From the NCBI GenBank assembly GCA_051884135.1, contig JBJEVC010000003.1, positions 272 to 64,271 on the forward strand: 64,000 bases of DNA. Direction: 5' to 3'. Of the stretch, positions 25,068-36,487 are shown piece after piece. The translations under genes and the position numbers were made by a program. Origin of the DNA: Candidatus Coproplasma sp. GTDB taxonomy: Bacteria > Bacillota > Clostridia > Christensenellales > Borkfalkiaceae. The notes under the pieces are model-generated. The model saw only the letters and a list, made by a program, of their open reading frames with translations. It ran no database searches and was not told where the DNA came from. The number at the start of each line of letters is the position of its first letter. Position 1 is the first letter of the stretch.

Positions 25068-26252
25068 ATGAAAGCAATTAAAACCCCTAAAATTTTATTA
25101 CCCGACAATGAGAATATGTCCGTATGGGCGGTAAACGCCTGCGACCAGTTCACTTCCGATAACGCTTATTGGGAGCAAGTGGAAAGCTTGGTAGGTGAAA
25201 AACCTTCCACGCTAAGGCTCATTTACCCCGAAATATATTTAAAGGACAACCCCGAAAAGCGTATTGAAGATATCAACGCAAATATGAAAAGTTATCTTTC
25301 AAACGGCGTTTTTAAGGAGCTTAAAGAAGGCTTTATTCTCGTTGAACGCACTACGCAGTCGGGAACGAGAACGGGTATCGTCCTTTCAATCGACTTGGAA
25401 TCATACGACTTCAAAGTCGGCTCAAAGGCGCTGATCCGCTCTACCGAAGCAACCATACTTGAAAGAATTCCGCCCAGAGTTAAGATCAGGGAAAACGCTC
25501 CTATCGAGCTTCCTCACGTTATGCTTTTATACAACGATAAGCAAAACGCCGTTCTTTCAAAGGTAAAAAGGGGTGAAGTTATGTACGACTTCGACTTAAA
25601 TATGGGCGGCGGACACGCTAAAGGCACCTATATAGATAACTCCGAAGAGATAATAGATGAGTTCTATTCGCTTATGGAAAATACCGACTACGGCAACGGC
25701 GAAAAGCTGCTTTTTGCCGTGGGTGACGGCAACCATTCGCTTGCAACGGCAAAGACCTGTTGGGAGAATATTAAAAAGGGATTAACCGAAGAAGAACAGC
25801 AAAACCACCCTGCACGCTTTGCTCTTTGCGAAGCGGTCAATATCTACGATAGCGCACTTTTCTTCGAGCCCATTCACAGACTTATTAAAACCGATAAGGC
25901 TCAAGAGTTTGTAAACGGCTATAAACCGCAGGGCGACAAAAAGGCATATATAGTAGTAAACGGCAAAAAAACGCAGATCGGGTTTAACGCAGACGTTCCC
26001 CAAGGCATCAGGGAATTGGATAAATACGTTTCGCAGTTTATTAGCGATAACGGCGGCGAAGTCGACTATATTCACGGCGAAGAGGAGATAACCGCTTTTT
26101 CTTCTATGGGCGTAGGCGTAATTCTCCCTGCAATCGGCAAGGACGACTTCTTCCGTTTAATAGTTACAGGTGGCAATCTTCCCCGTAAGACTTTCTCTAT
26201 GGGTGAGGGAAATGAAAAAAGATATTATATTGAAGCAAAGGCGATAAGATAA
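25068..26252 (+). CDS. DUF1015 family protein
   Basis: 394-aa ORF with the layout and motifs I associate with DUF1015 (PEIYLKD..., GDGNHSLATAK). Confidence 0.7.
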   Translation: MKAIKTPKILLPDNENMSVWAVNACDQFTSDNAYWEQVESLVGEKPSTLRLIYPEIYLKDNPEKRIEDINANMKSYLSNGVFKELKEGFILVERTTQSGTRTGIVLSIDLESYDFKVGSKALIRSTEATILERIPPRVKIRENAPIELPHVMLLYNDKQNAVLSKVKRGEVMYDFDLNMGGGHAKGTYIDNSEEIIDEFYSLMENTDYGNGEKLLFAVGDGNHSLATAKTCWENIKKGLTEEEQQNHPARFALCEAVNIYDSALFFEPIHRLIKTDKAQEFVNGYKPQGDKKAYIVVNGKKTQIGFNADVPQGIRELDKYVSQFISDNGGEVDYIHGEEEITAFSSMGVGVILPAIGKDDFFRLIVTGGNLPRKTFSMGEGNEKRYYIEAKAIR

Positions 26253-27571
26253 TGGCATTAAAGGTATGTAAATTCGGCGGCACGTCAATGGCTGACGGCA
26301 ACGTAATGAAGGCTGTAAAAAAGATAATCGAGGCGGAGAGCTCAAGGCGTTTTGTGGTTGTTTCTGCCCCCGGCAAGAGATTCAGCGGTGACATTAAAGT
26401 TACCGATCTGTTGTATTCCTGCTATGACGAAATTGAAAGCAAGGGTACCTGCAAGGAAGCGTTCAAGGCAGTAAGGGCAAGGTTTGAGAGTATTGCAAAA
26501 GAGCTCAACATGGATATCGATATCGCTTCCGCTCTCGATGAAACTCAAAGGAGAATGGACGAAGAGAATAGCAGGGATTTCTGCGCATCAAGGGGTGAAT
26601 ATCTCTCCGCAAAGGTTATGGCGCAGGTGCTCGGCGCAAAGTTTATCGACAGTGAAGACGTGGTATTCTTCAACGAATATGGCGTTATGGACGATAAAAA
26701 GACGTATAAGGCCATTGCCGACGCCGTTGAGAACTGCGATAAGGCGGTTTTCCCCGGCTTCTACGGCAAGGATATAGAAGGTAAAATCAAGACCTTCTCC
26801 AGGGGCGGTTCGGATATCACGGGCGCAATCGTGGCAAGGGCAGTCAATGCTTCCGAGTACGAAAACTGGACTGACGTTTCGGGCTTCTTGGCTTGCGACC
26901 CCAGAATAGTTAAAAACCCCAAGCGCATCAACACCCTTTCCTATAAAGAGCTTCGTGAGCTTTCGTATATGGGTGCAAACGTACTCCACACCGAAAGCGT
27001 GTTCCCTGTGCGCAAGGCGAATATCCCCATCATAATCAAAAACACGTTCCGCCCTGAAGACGAAGGTACGAGAATTTTGCCCGTATCGCAGTACGTTCCC
27101 GACGGCAACACGGTAACGGGTATTGCCGGAAAGAAGAATTTTACCGTAATTCTGATTGAAAAGAACCATATGAACAACGAAGTGGGCTTCATCCGCAAGG
27201 TTCTTTCCGTACTTGAAAGAAAGGGTATCAATATAGAGCATATTCCTTCTGGAATAGATACGATGTCCGTCGTTGTTGAGTCGAGCGAGATTCAGGGATA
27301 TAAGCTTGAACAAGTAATCGAAGAGATTAAAAACGATGTCGAGCCCGACGTAATAAGGGTTATGGAAAACGTAGCATTAATTGCAACCGTAGGTCACGGA
27401 ATGTCGTCTTCTATCGGTACTTCCGCAAGGCTTTTTAAGGCTATGGCTGAAGCGAATATTAATGCAAAGCTTATCGATCAGGGCTCTTCCGAGCTCAATA
27501 TAATAGTCGGCGTGAAGGATGAAGATTGCGAACGCTGCATCTCGGCAATCTATCACGAATTCTTCGACTGA
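26252..27571 (+). CDS. aspartate kinase
   Basis: VCKFGGTSMADG amino-acid-kinase N-terminus and C-terminal ACT-type region. 1-nt overlap with the preceding stop. Confidence 0.9.
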   Translation: MALKVCKFGGTSMADGNVMKAVKKIIEAESSRRFVVVSAPGKRFSGDIKVTDLLYSCYDEIESKGTCKEAFKAVRARFESIAKELNMDIDIASALDETQRRMDEENSRDFCASRGEYLSAKVMAQVLGAKFIDSEDVVFFNEYGVMDDKKTYKAIADAVENCDKAVFPGFYGKDIEGKIKTFSRGGSDITGAIVARAVNASEYENWTDVSGFLACDPRIVKNPKRINTLSYKELRELSYMGANVLHTESVFPVRKANIPIIIKNTFRPEDEGTRILPVSQYVPDGNTVTGIAGKKNFTVILIEKNHMNNEVGFIRKVLSVLERKGINIEHIPSGIDTMSVVVESSEIQGYKLEQVIEEIKNDVEPDVIRVMENVALIATVGHGMSSSIGTSARLFKAMAEANINAKLIDQGSSELNIIVGVKDEDCERCISAIYHEFFD

Positions 27572-27643
27572 TTTAATCAACCTGCCCTGAAAGATTTTTC
27601 TTTCGGGGTATTAAATTATAAAAAACAGTAAAGGGGTTAGGAT

Positions 27644-28831
27644 ATGTACAATCAAACCAACGTTGGGCTTGGTAAAGTCCGTTCGGTTATAAGGGAGCTG
27701 TTTGAATACGGTAAAAAACGCAAGGCGGAGATAGGGGAAGAGAACGTCTTTGACTTCTCGCTTGGCAACCCTTCGGTGCCTGCCCCTAAAGAAGTAAACG
27801 AAGAGCTTGTTAAACTTATAAACAATACAAACCCCGTTTTGCTGCACGGCTACACTTCGGCGCAGGGCGACGCAGGCGTTCGCACTGCCATTGCGCAAGA
27901 TTTAAAAAACCGTTTTAACGCCCCCGTACAGGCAGATTTAATCTATATGACTTGCGGTGCGGCGGCTTCGCTGTGCATAACCTTAAACGCCCTTTTAAAC
28001 GAAGGTGAAGAAGTTATAACCTTTGCCCCTTTCTTCCCCGAATACTCGGTATTTACGGCACATGCAGGGGGTAAGCTTATCGCTTGCGAAAGTTTAGAAG
28101 GCTCCTTCCAACCCGATATTGAGAAGTTTAAGACGCTTTTAAATGAAAAGACAAGGGCGGTTATAATCAACTCGCCCAACAATCCCAGCGGCGTGGTCTA
28201 TACCGAACAGTCGATTAAAGATCTATGTAAGGCGCTTGAAGAGCACGAAAAGAAGACGGGAAGCAGAGTGTTTTTAATCTCCGACGAGCCCTACAGGGAA
28301 CTCGTGTTCGGGGATACTAAAGTGCCGTTCGTTATGAACTATTATACGGATAGCGTAGTGTGCTATTCGTTTTCCAAGAGCCTTTCGCTCCCCGGTGAGA
28401 GAATAGGATATATTGCAGTCAACGCAGATATGCAGGACAGTAGCGAGCTTTATGCAGGCGTATGCGGAGCAGGCAGGGCGTTGGGCTACGTCTGCGCCCC
28501 CAACCTGTTTCAACAGCTCGTTTCAAAGGTTCTCGGCAAGACGGCTGACATCTCCGTTTACAAGCAAAACAGGGATATGCTGTACAACGCTTTGACTGAT
28601 TACGGCTATACGGCAATCAAGCCCGACGGCGCATTCTATCTCTTCGTCAAAGCCTTGGAAGACGACGCTTTCCGCTTTGCAGAAAGGGCTAAAGAGTACG
28701 AGCTTTTGGTGGTCCCTGCCGACAGCTTCGGGGTTAAGGGGTATGTGCGCATAGCCTACTGTGTTTCCCCCGAAACGGTTAAAAATTCTCTCCCTGCATT
28801 TAAGGCGTTGGCGGATAGCTATAAAAAATAA
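27644..28831 (+). CDS. pyridoxal-phosphate-dependent aminotransferase (class I, AspC-like)
   Basis: NSPNNPSG and YSFSKSLSLPGERIGY (PLP Lys) motifs. Confidence 0.9.
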   Translation: MYNQTNVGLGKVRSVIRELFEYGKKRKAEIGEENVFDFSLGNPSVPAPKEVNEELVKLINNTNPVLLHGYTSAQGDAGVRTAIAQDLKNRFNAPVQADLIYMTCGAAASLCITLNALLNEGEEVITFAPFFPEYSVFTAHAGGKLIACESLEGSFQPDIEKFKTLLNEKTRAVIINSPNNPSGVVYTEQSIKDLCKALEEHEKKTGSRVFLISDEPYRELVFGDTKVPFVMNYYTDSVVCYSFSKSLSLPGERIGYIAVNADMQDSSELYAGVCGAGRALGYVCAPNLFQQLVSKVLGKTADISVYKQNRDMLYNALTDYGYTAIKPDGAFYLFVKALEDDAFRFAERAKEYELLVVPADSFGVKGYVRIAYCVSPETVKNSLPAFKALADSYKK

Positions 28832-28893
28832 GGCTAAAATCTTTTAATAATCTATACCTTATTTATTATTTATTCTTTATTCTTTTATATATT

Positions 28894-28938
28894 AAACGGG
28901 CTGTGCGCTTTTCAGAAAAAGCGCACAGCCCGTTTTAA
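28894..28938. terminator. bidirectional terminator between convergent aminotransferase and argH
   Basis: 15-bp stem aaacgggctgtgcgc / gcgcacagcccgttt with A/T runs on both sides. Confidence 0.8.
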
Positions 28939-28948
28939 ATCTACAAAA

Positions 28949-30328
28949 TCACCAGGTATACTGTTTTAATCTCTTTTTAATGCTCTTAATCTCTGCCTTA
29001 ACGTTTGCGGTAGAAGCTCCGCCGTAGCTCGTCCTTGCGTCAGCGCAGGCACGCCCCTTGACAATTTGGGTTATGTCGTCGCCGAAAACGGGGTCGAATG
29101 AGCGGTATTCTTCAGCCGTCATATTCTGCAAAGTGCGGTTGTTTTCAATGCACCAACGCACGATCTTGCCCGTAACCGAATGTGCCGTGCGGAAGGGTAC
29201 GCCCTTTTTTGCCATATAGTCGGCAACGTCGGTAGCGCAGCAGAACTCCATCTCGGAAGCCTTTGCCATCTTTTTTGGCTTAAAGGAGATTGCTCCAAGC
29301 ATTTCAGCCATAATATTAAGGCAATTATTAACAGTCTTTTCTGCGTCGAAAAAGCCTTCCTTATCTTCCTGCAAATCCTTGTTGTAGGCAAGGGGAATAC
29401 CCTTAATTACCGTTAAAAGTCCCATCAAATGCCCGTACACACGCCCCGTCTTGCCACGGATTAATTCCGCAATATCGGGGTTTTTCTTTTGGGGCATAAT
29501 GGACGAACCCGTTGAGTATTCGTCGGATATTTCAAGATAGCCGAACTCCTCGGTCGTATAGAGAATAATATCTTCACAAAGACGGGAGAGATGCGCCATA
29601 ATCAATGAAGCGTCGAATAAGTACTCTGCCACAAAGTCACGGTCGGAAACGCCGTCCAACGAGTTCTCGCAGGGGCGGTCAAACTCCAACATTTCGCAGG
29701 TTATATTTCTGTCGATGGGGTAGGAAGTGCCTGCCAACGCACCCGAGCCTAAAGGCATTACGTTTGCCCTTTCCCTGCTTGCGCTGACTCTGTCCAAATC
29801 CCTTAAGAACATCTCGCTGTATGCGTTGAAAACGTGACCTGCACACATGGGCTGCGCTTTGCGGAGATGGGTGTAGCCGGGGATAACGTATTTAACGCCT
29901 TCGCTCGCCTTTTCGAGTAAAGCTTCGATAATGCCCACCAAACTCTCGGTAAGGTTGTCGAAAGCCCCACGAACGTACAAGCGGAAGTCGGTTGCAACCT
30001 GGTCGTTACGGCTCCTTGCCGTGTGTAGCTTCTTGCCTGCGTCGCCGATACGGGATACGAGCTCGTTTTCAACAAAGGAGTGAATGTCTTCCGCACCCGC
30101 AATCTCTAACTTTCCGTTCTCGATATCGGCGGCAATGCTCTCCAAGCCTTCGCAAATTTTCTTTGCTTCGTCAAGGGTGATGACGCCGCAGTGCCCAAGC
30201 ATAGCGGAATGGGCTAAAGAAGCGGATATATCCACAGCCCAAAGCTGTTTATCGAAGGGGAGCGAGTCGCCGAATAGGTCTGCATTTTTGGCGGTGGGGT
30301 TATCAAACCTGCCTTCCCAAAGTTTCAT
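28949..30328 (-). CDS. argH: argininosuccinate lyase
   Basis: MKLWEGRF start at 30328. GYTHLRKAQP and GSSIMPQKKNPD signature. Confidence 0.95.
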   Translation of the reverse strand: MKLWEGRFDNPTAKNADLFGDSLPFDKQLWAVDISASLAHSAMLGHCGVITLDEAKKICEGLESIAADIENGKLEIAGAEDIHSFVENELVSRIGDAGKKLHTARSRNDQVATDFRLYVRGAFDNLTESLVGIIEALLEKASEGVKYVIPGYTHLRKAQPMCAGHVFNAYSEMFLRDLDRVSASRERANVMPLGSGALAGTSYPIDRNITCEMLEFDRPCENSLDGVSDRDFVAEYLFDASLIMAHLSRLCEDIILYTTEEFGYLEISDEYSTGSSIMPQKKNPDIAELIRGKTGRVYGHLMGLLTVIKGIPLAYNKDLQEDKEGFFDAEKTVNNCLNIMAEMLGAISFKPKKMAKASEMEFCCATDVADYMAKKGVPFRTAHSVTGKIVRWCIENNRTLQNMTAEEYRSFDPVFGDDITQIVKGRACADARTSYGGASTANVKAEIKSIKKRLKQYTW

Positions 30329-30527
30329 AGTTTTTTTCGTCCTTAAAAGTTTAATTTCTACCATTATAGCCGATCTTAAGCCCATTATCAACTGTTTTTG
30401 GTTTAAAAAAGTTAAAAGCAATGCTTACAGGATAGTTAGTATATAAAATAATCGTTTATTAAATTGACTTATTTCCGCTTTTGCTTTACAATATTAAAGA
30501 TATAATAAAAGGCAAAAGCAAGGTTAA

Positions 30528-31025
30528 ATGATAATTTTAGGTATTGACCCTGGTTTCGGCACGATGGGGTACGGCGTAATTGAAAAAAAGGACAACGGAG
30601 ATTGTATCCCCGTAGATTACGGCGTAATCAAAACCCCTGCAGACGAGACCTTTCCCGTCCGCCTTGCTATATTAGAGCAGGGGCTGAATAAGCTTTACGA
30701 AAAGTTTAGCCCTAACGAGATCGCCATTGAAGAGTTGTTCTTTTCAAAGAATATCACAACGGGTATTCAGGTTGCGGAAGCGAGGGGGGTAATACTTCTC
30801 TCTGCAATCAAGTACTGCGGAAGGCTGTACGAGTACACGCCCAACCAGATTAAACAGGCGTTAACCGGTTACGGCAAGGCAGATAAGGTGCAGATGATGC
30901 ACGTCGTGCAGTCGCTTTTAAAGTTAAAGCAAATTCCCCGCCCTGACGACGCCGCCGACGCTTTGGCGGTTGCGCTCTGCCATGCGCATACGTCCCGTTT
31001 CGGGCTAATGTTCGGTATTAAGTAA
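30528..31025 (+). CDS. ruvC: Holliday junction resolvase RuvC
   Basis: MIILGIDPG..., IEELFF, DAADALAVALCH. Confidence 0.95.
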   Translation: MIILGIDPGFGTMGYGVIEKKDNGDCIPVDYGVIKTPADETFPVRLAILEQGLNKLYEKFSPNEIAIEELFFSKNITTGIQVAEARGVILLSAIKYCGRLYEYTPNQIKQALTGYGKADKVQMMHVVQSLLKLKQIPRPDDAADALAVALCHAHTSRFGLMFGIK

Positions 31026-31034
31026 AGGTTAATT

Positions 31035-31634
31035 ATGATAGGCTATTTAAAAGGTAAAGTTATAAATATAACGGCTGAAACCGCCCTTATTTTGGTGGGC
31101 GGCGTGGGCTACGAAGTATACTGCTCCGGCTCTGCGTTTTCCAAAATGACTCAAGGGCAGGAGTGCGAGATATACACCTACTTGCAGGTGAGCGAGCAAA
31201 ACGGCGTAACGCTCTTCGGCTTTTCCGACATAAAGGAAAAGGAGATTTTCTTAAAGCTTATCTCCGTTTCGGGCGTAGGCCCTAAAATAGGGCTTGCCGT
31301 CCTGACGTATATGGACTTCTCGCAGGTAGCTTCGGCTATTGCAACAGGGGACGTCAAGGCGCTTTCAAGCGTAAAGGGCTTGGGTAAAAAGACGGCTGAA
31401 AGGCTTATTTTAGAGCTTAAGGACAGCATCGGCGCTATGCCCGTTATGCCCATAGTTGAAGGCAATTCCGCCCCTGTAACTTCAAAGGGTTCAAGCGGAG
31501 ACGAAGACGCAATCGTTGCGCTGACTTCTTTAGGGTTCAGCCGTGCGGAAGCGGAAAGGGCGGTATTAAGGGCAAAGAGTAACGGTGCAAATACCGTGGA
31601 AGAAGTTATTATGGCTGCATTAAAGAGCATGTAA
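31035..31634 (+). CDS. ruvA: Holliday junction branch migration protein RuvA
   Basis: MIGYLKGKV, GVGYEV, SVSGVGPK and GLGKKTAERL HhH motifs. Confidence 0.95.
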   Translation: MIGYLKGKVINITAETALILVGGVGYEVYCSGSAFSKMTQGQECEIYTYLQVSEQNGVTLFGFSDIKEKEIFLKLISVSGVGPKIGLAVLTYMDFSQVASAIATGDVKALSSVKGLGKKTAERLILELKDSIGAMPVMPIVEGNSAPVTSKGSSGDEDAIVALTSLGFSRAEAERAVLRAKSNGANTVEEVIMAALKSM

Positions 31635-31652
31635 GGTTAAAGGGAAGATAAA

Positions 31653-32717
31653 ATGTTTGACGAGCAAGACGAGTACGGCGTAGAAGAGAGATTGATTCAA
31701 AGCACAAAGGGGGAGTACGATGCGGAAGAAAACGCACTGCGCCCCAAGACGCTTGACGCCTACGTTGGTCAAAGCAAGGTTAAGGAAAACTTAACCGTAT
31801 ATATGAACGCCGCAAAAAAGCGTGGGGAAGTACTTGAACACGTTCTCTTGTACGGTGCTCCCGGTTTAGGTAAAACCACTCTTGCGCACATCATAGCTAA
31901 CGAGATGGGCGGTCAGCTCAAGATGACAAGCGCCCCCGCCATAGAGCGCAGCGGTGATTTAGCGGCTCTGCTCACCAATTTGAACGACGGCGACGTGCTC
32001 TTTATCGATGAAATTCACAGGCTTAATCACAGCGTTGAGGAGATTTTGTATTCAGCAATGGAGGACTATGCTCTCGATATAATCGTAGGCAAGGGTCCGA
32101 GTGCAAGGAATATCCGCTTTTCATTAAAGAAGTTTACGCTTATAGGCGCAACTACAAGGGCTGGTATGATTGCCAACCCCTTAAGGGACAGGTTCGGCAT
32201 TATCTGCCGTCTTGAGATGTACACCCCTTCGGAGCTTGAAGAGATTATAACCCGCAGTGCAAACACCTTGGGCATTGCCATTGATAAGGACGCCGCAAAG
32301 GAAATTTCCACCCGTTCAAGGGGAACGCCCCGAATTGCAAACAGGCTTTTAAAGAGAGTGCGTGATTTCTCTACGGTGAACGACAGCGAAAAGGTTACCC
32401 TTTCCGATGCTAAATTCGCCCTTGAGAAAATGGAGATTGACTCTTTAGGTTTAGACGAAACCGACCGTGCAATACTGCGTGCTATGGCGGAAAAGTTCGA
32501 CGGTAAGCCCGTCGGCTTGGAAACGCTTGCCGCAACCGTCAACGAAGACGCTGGCACGATCGAAGACGTGTACGAGCCCTATCTTCTTCAGCTTGGCTTC
32601 ATTGCAAGAACGCCCAGGGGCAGGGTTATCTTAAAAGGCGGTTACGAGCATTTGGGAATAAAAGTAACCGAAAAGCAGAAAAAACAGTTATCGCTGTTTG
32701 ATAAATCACAGGATTAA
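31653..32717 (+). CDS. ruvB: Holliday junction DNA helicase RuvB
   Basis: [21 protein letters not shown]-type [29 protein letters not shown]. Confidence 0.95.
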   Translation: MFDEQDEYGVEERLIQSTKGEYDAEENALRPKTLDAYVGQSKVKENLTVYMNAAKKRGEVLEHVLLYGAPGLGKTTLAHIIANEMGGQLKMTSAPAIERSGDLAALLTNLNDGDVLFIDEIHRLNHSVEEILYSAMEDYALDIIVGKGPSARNIRFSLKKFTLIGATTRAGMIANPLRDRFGIICRLEMYTPSELEEIITRSANTLGIAIDKDAAKEISTRSRGTPRIANRLLKRVRDFSTVNDSEKVTLSDAKFALEKMEIDSLGLDETDRAILRAMAEKFDGKPVGLETLAATVNEDAGTIEDVYEPYLLQLGFIARTPRGRVILKGGYEHLGIKVTEKQKKQLSLFDKSQD

Positions 32718-32731
32718 TACGATTAATAATT

Positions 32732-33757
32732 ATGCAATATAAAAAATCTGACTTTTACTATGAGTTGCCGCCCGAGCTGATTGCGCAGACGCCTGCACAA
32801 CCGAGAGACAGCTCCCGCATGCTGGTGTATAACAGGGCAACCGACACCATAGAACACAGAATTTTCAGTGACGTTACCGACTATTTAAAAAAGGGCGACG
32901 TGCTTGTCATCAATAATACCAAGGTTTTGCCTGCAAGAATGTACGCCCACACCGAGCACGGCGGTTTAGTGGAAATTCTCCTTTTAAAGCGGAAGGATAA
33001 AGACGTGTGGGAAGTGCTTGCTAAACCGGGCAAAAAGTGTACCGTCGGCAAAAAATTAACAATTAACGGTAAGCTTTCCCTTACCGTCGAAGGCATAACC
33101 GACAGCGGCGAAAGGATTGTTCGCTTTGCCTACGAAGGCGTGTTTGAAAATATTTTAGAAGAAGTGGGTTCAATGCCCCTTCCGCCGTATATCAAGGAAA
33201 AATTGCAGGATAAAAACAGGTATCAGACGGTATACGCCAAGACGGACGGCTCTGCCGCCGCACCTACTGCGGGCTTGCATTTCACTCCCGAGCTTCTCGC
33301 AAAAATTAAAGATATGGGCGTAGAAGTGGTGGAAGTTTTACTCCACGTAGGGCTCGGAACCTTCCGCCCCGTAAAGGAAGAGATAATAACCGACCACAAG
33401 ATGCACAGCGAGTACTTTGAAGTGTCCGAACAGGCGGCTGAAACTATCAACAAAGCCAAGTCGGAAGGGCGCAGAATAATAGCCGTAGGCACGACTTCCG
33501 TCCGCACTTTAGAGAGTGCGACAGGGGAAGACGGCAAAATAAAGGCCGGTCACGGCGATACCTGTATCTTCATCTATCCCCCTTACAAATTCAAGTGCGT
33601 GGACGCTTTGATAACCAACTTCCATCTCCCCGAAAGCACTTTGGTTATGTTGGTTGCCGCTCTCGTTGGCAGGGAAAAGGTTTTGGAAGTATACAAAACG
33701 GCGGTGGAGAATAAGTACCGTTTCTTCTCATTCGGTGATGCTTGTTTCTTCCTATAA
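32732..33757 (+). CDS. queA: S-adenosylmethionine:tRNA ribosyltransferase-isomerase
   Basis: [32 protein letters not shown]. Confidence 0.95.
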   Translation: MQYKKSDFYYELPPELIAQTPAQPRDSSRMLVYNRATDTIEHRIFSDVTDYLKKGDVLVINNTKVLPARMYAHTEHGGLVEILLLKRKDKDVWEVLAKPGKKCTVGKKLTINGKLSLTVEGITDSGERIVRFAYEGVFENILEEVGSMPLPPYIKEKLQDKNRYQTVYAKTDGSAAAPTAGLHFTPELLAKIKDMGVEVVEVLLHVGLGTFRPVKEEIITDHKMHSEYFEVSEQAAETINKAKSEGRRIIAVGTTSVRTLESATGEDGKIKAGHGDTCIFIYPPYKFKCVDALITNFHLPESTLVMLVAALVGREKVLEVYKTAVENKYRFFSFGDACFFL

Positions 33758-33763
33758 TCAAAG

Positions 33764-33800
33764 CCCGTCATTGCGAGGAGTGAAACGACGTGGCAATCCC
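33764..33800. repeat. solo GTCATTGCGA...GGCAATCCC repeat unit
   Basis: cccgtcattgcgaggagtgaaacgacgtggcaatccc shares both conserved ends with the inverted termini of the 10.3-10.5 kb element. Confidence 0.7.
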
Positions 33801-33928
33801 AGTGGGTATTTAATTACTATTTCTAATAAGGTTTTTCTCGCTCTCCTGCTCTTGCTCGTATCAAGAAAGAAACACGGTTTATACTTGCTTGTTTCTTCCT
33901 GTAAACTTCGCAATATACATTAAGGTAA

Positions 33929-35053
<1,125 letters not shown>

Positions 35054-35141
35054 ATTCACATTATTTTCTTAAAAAACACTTGCCAAACTTAAGTAAAGTA
35101 GTTTATAATTATTGGGTAAATTTTTTAAACGGAGTAAAAAA

Positions 35142-35684
35142 ATGTTATTTTCTTTATTAGAAACATCTTCAGAAACCACCACTAGTACTAACGCTTGGCC
35201 TGATTGGGTAATGTGGGTGCTTGTCTGCGTGTTTGCCGCAATTTTAATCGTTTCAATGGTTTTAATGAACCGCCGCAACAAGAAGCGTGAAAAGGAAGCG
35301 AAGGATCTCATCGATGCCGTTAAGCCCGGAAACAAGGTTACCACAATCGGCGGTATCGTCGGTATAGTCGTTGAAGTAAATGCCGAAGACAACACCTTTG
35401 TCCTTGAAACCGGCAGTGAAGATCACGGCAAGAGCTATATTAAATTCATTCGTCAGGCAATATACGAGAGCGATGCGGTAGTCGACAAGAAAGAGACGGA
35501 AGCAAAGGTTGAAGAGATTGCACAGGAAGCTGAAACCCCTGCTGAAGAAGTTAAGGAAGAAGCTAAAGAAGCTCCTGTTGAAACGCCTGTAGTAGAAGAA
35601 GCTGCTCCCGAAGCGGAAGCAAAAGAAGAAGTTAAGGCGGAAGCTAAACATAAAAAATCTTCCAAAAAGTCAAAGAAAAATTAA
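35142..35684 (+). CDS. yajC: preprotein translocase subunit YajC with a long acidic/Lys-rich C-terminal extension
   Basis: GGAG RBS before the ATG at 35142. TM helix, then VKPGNKVTTIGGIVGIVVEV core. About 80 aa of E/A/K/P low-complexity tail. Confidence 0.8.
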   Translation: MLFSLLETSSETTTSTNAWPDWVMWVLVCVFAAILIVSMVLMNRRNKKREKEAKDLIDAVKPGNKVTTIGGIVGIVVEVNAEDNTFVLETGSEDHGKSYIKFIRQAIYESDAVVDKKETEAKVEEIAQEAETPAEEVKEEAKEAPVETPVVEEAAPEAEAKEEVKAEAKHKKSSKKSKKN

Positions 35685-35743
35685 AATTTAAAAGTTCTTA
35701 AAACAAAACCCCGGCATATCTTAAGATTGTCGGGGGTATTTTT

Positions 35744-36112
35744 ATGCTTAAAGAAAGCTTTTTTCAAATTGCAAAGGCAACGCTGGTTGCCATAGTGTTT
35801 TCGCTTGTGTACGTCCTTGTGTTCACGCTTATTATTCAGCTCACTCAACTAAATTCAGCCGTAATTAAACCCGTAAACCAAGTGTTCAAAATAATTGCAG
35901 TCGTACTTTCGTCGCTGCTTTTTATAAGGGGGCAAAAGGGGTACATAAAGGGTGCGCTAACAGGGCTTACTACGGTATTGGCAGAGTATCTTCTCTTTTC
36001 GGCAATAGGCGGTTCTTTCAGCATAAGCTGGATGTTTTTAGTTGAAATATTAATTTCCGTAGTTGCAGGTCTCATTTCAGGAATTATAGCCGTAAACTTA
36101 AAAAAATCATAG
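35744..36112 (+). CDS. small polytopic membrane protein (TIGR04086-like by context)
   Basis: 122-aa ORF with four hydrophobic segments, lying between yajC and the SCIFF gene. Confidence 0.6.
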   Translation: MLKESFFQIAKATLVAIVFSLVYVLVFTLIIQLTQLNSAVIKPVNQVFKIIAVVLSSLLFIRGQKGYIKGALTGLTTVLAEYLLFSAIGGSFSISWMFLVEILISVVAGLISGIIAVNLKKS

Positions 36113-36184
36113 AAAACACTTGATTTTTACTTTGATATACTATATAATTTCAGTATACGAATTAATTCCTTAAGGAGAATAATT

Positions 36185-36343
36185 ATGATTAAGACTATTG
36201 CTAAACCTGCAGAAAAGAAAGTAACCGCTTGCGGCGAGTGCAGAAGCACCTGCCAGTCCGCTTGCAAGACCAGCTGCACAGTCGGCAACCAGAGCTGCGA
36301 AAGAATTACCAGGGAAGAGAATCCCGAAAAGTTCAACAAGTAA
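36185..36343 (+). CDS. SCIFF (six-cysteines-in-forty-five) radical SAM-modified peptide precursor
   Basis: AAGGAGA RBS. MIKTIAKPAEKKVTACGECRSTCQSACKTSCTVGNQSCERITREENPEKFNK carries the GECxxxCQSACKTSCTVxNQxCE signature. It is too short for the supplied ORF track. Confidence 0.9.
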   Translation: MIKTIAKPAEKKVTACGECRSTCQSACKTSCTVGNQSCERITREENPEKFNK

Positions 36344-36487
36344 TTTAAGCAACAACTTTTTTAAGGAGCAGACTATAATTCTGCTCCTTAATATTATGTA
36401 ATTTACAGGGCTGTCCGTTTTTGCGGCGTGCCCAATCTTTATTTTTAAGGCGTAGGCTTTTGCGCCCATTTACGGTTGATAAATAAT

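Noticed and set aside
26588-27313. 241-aa minus-strand ORF (and other antisense ORFs at 26941-27231 and 26484-26777).
   Set aside because: They lie entirely antisense to, or out of frame within, the well-supported aspartate kinase gene. They have no recognisable motifs or RBS.
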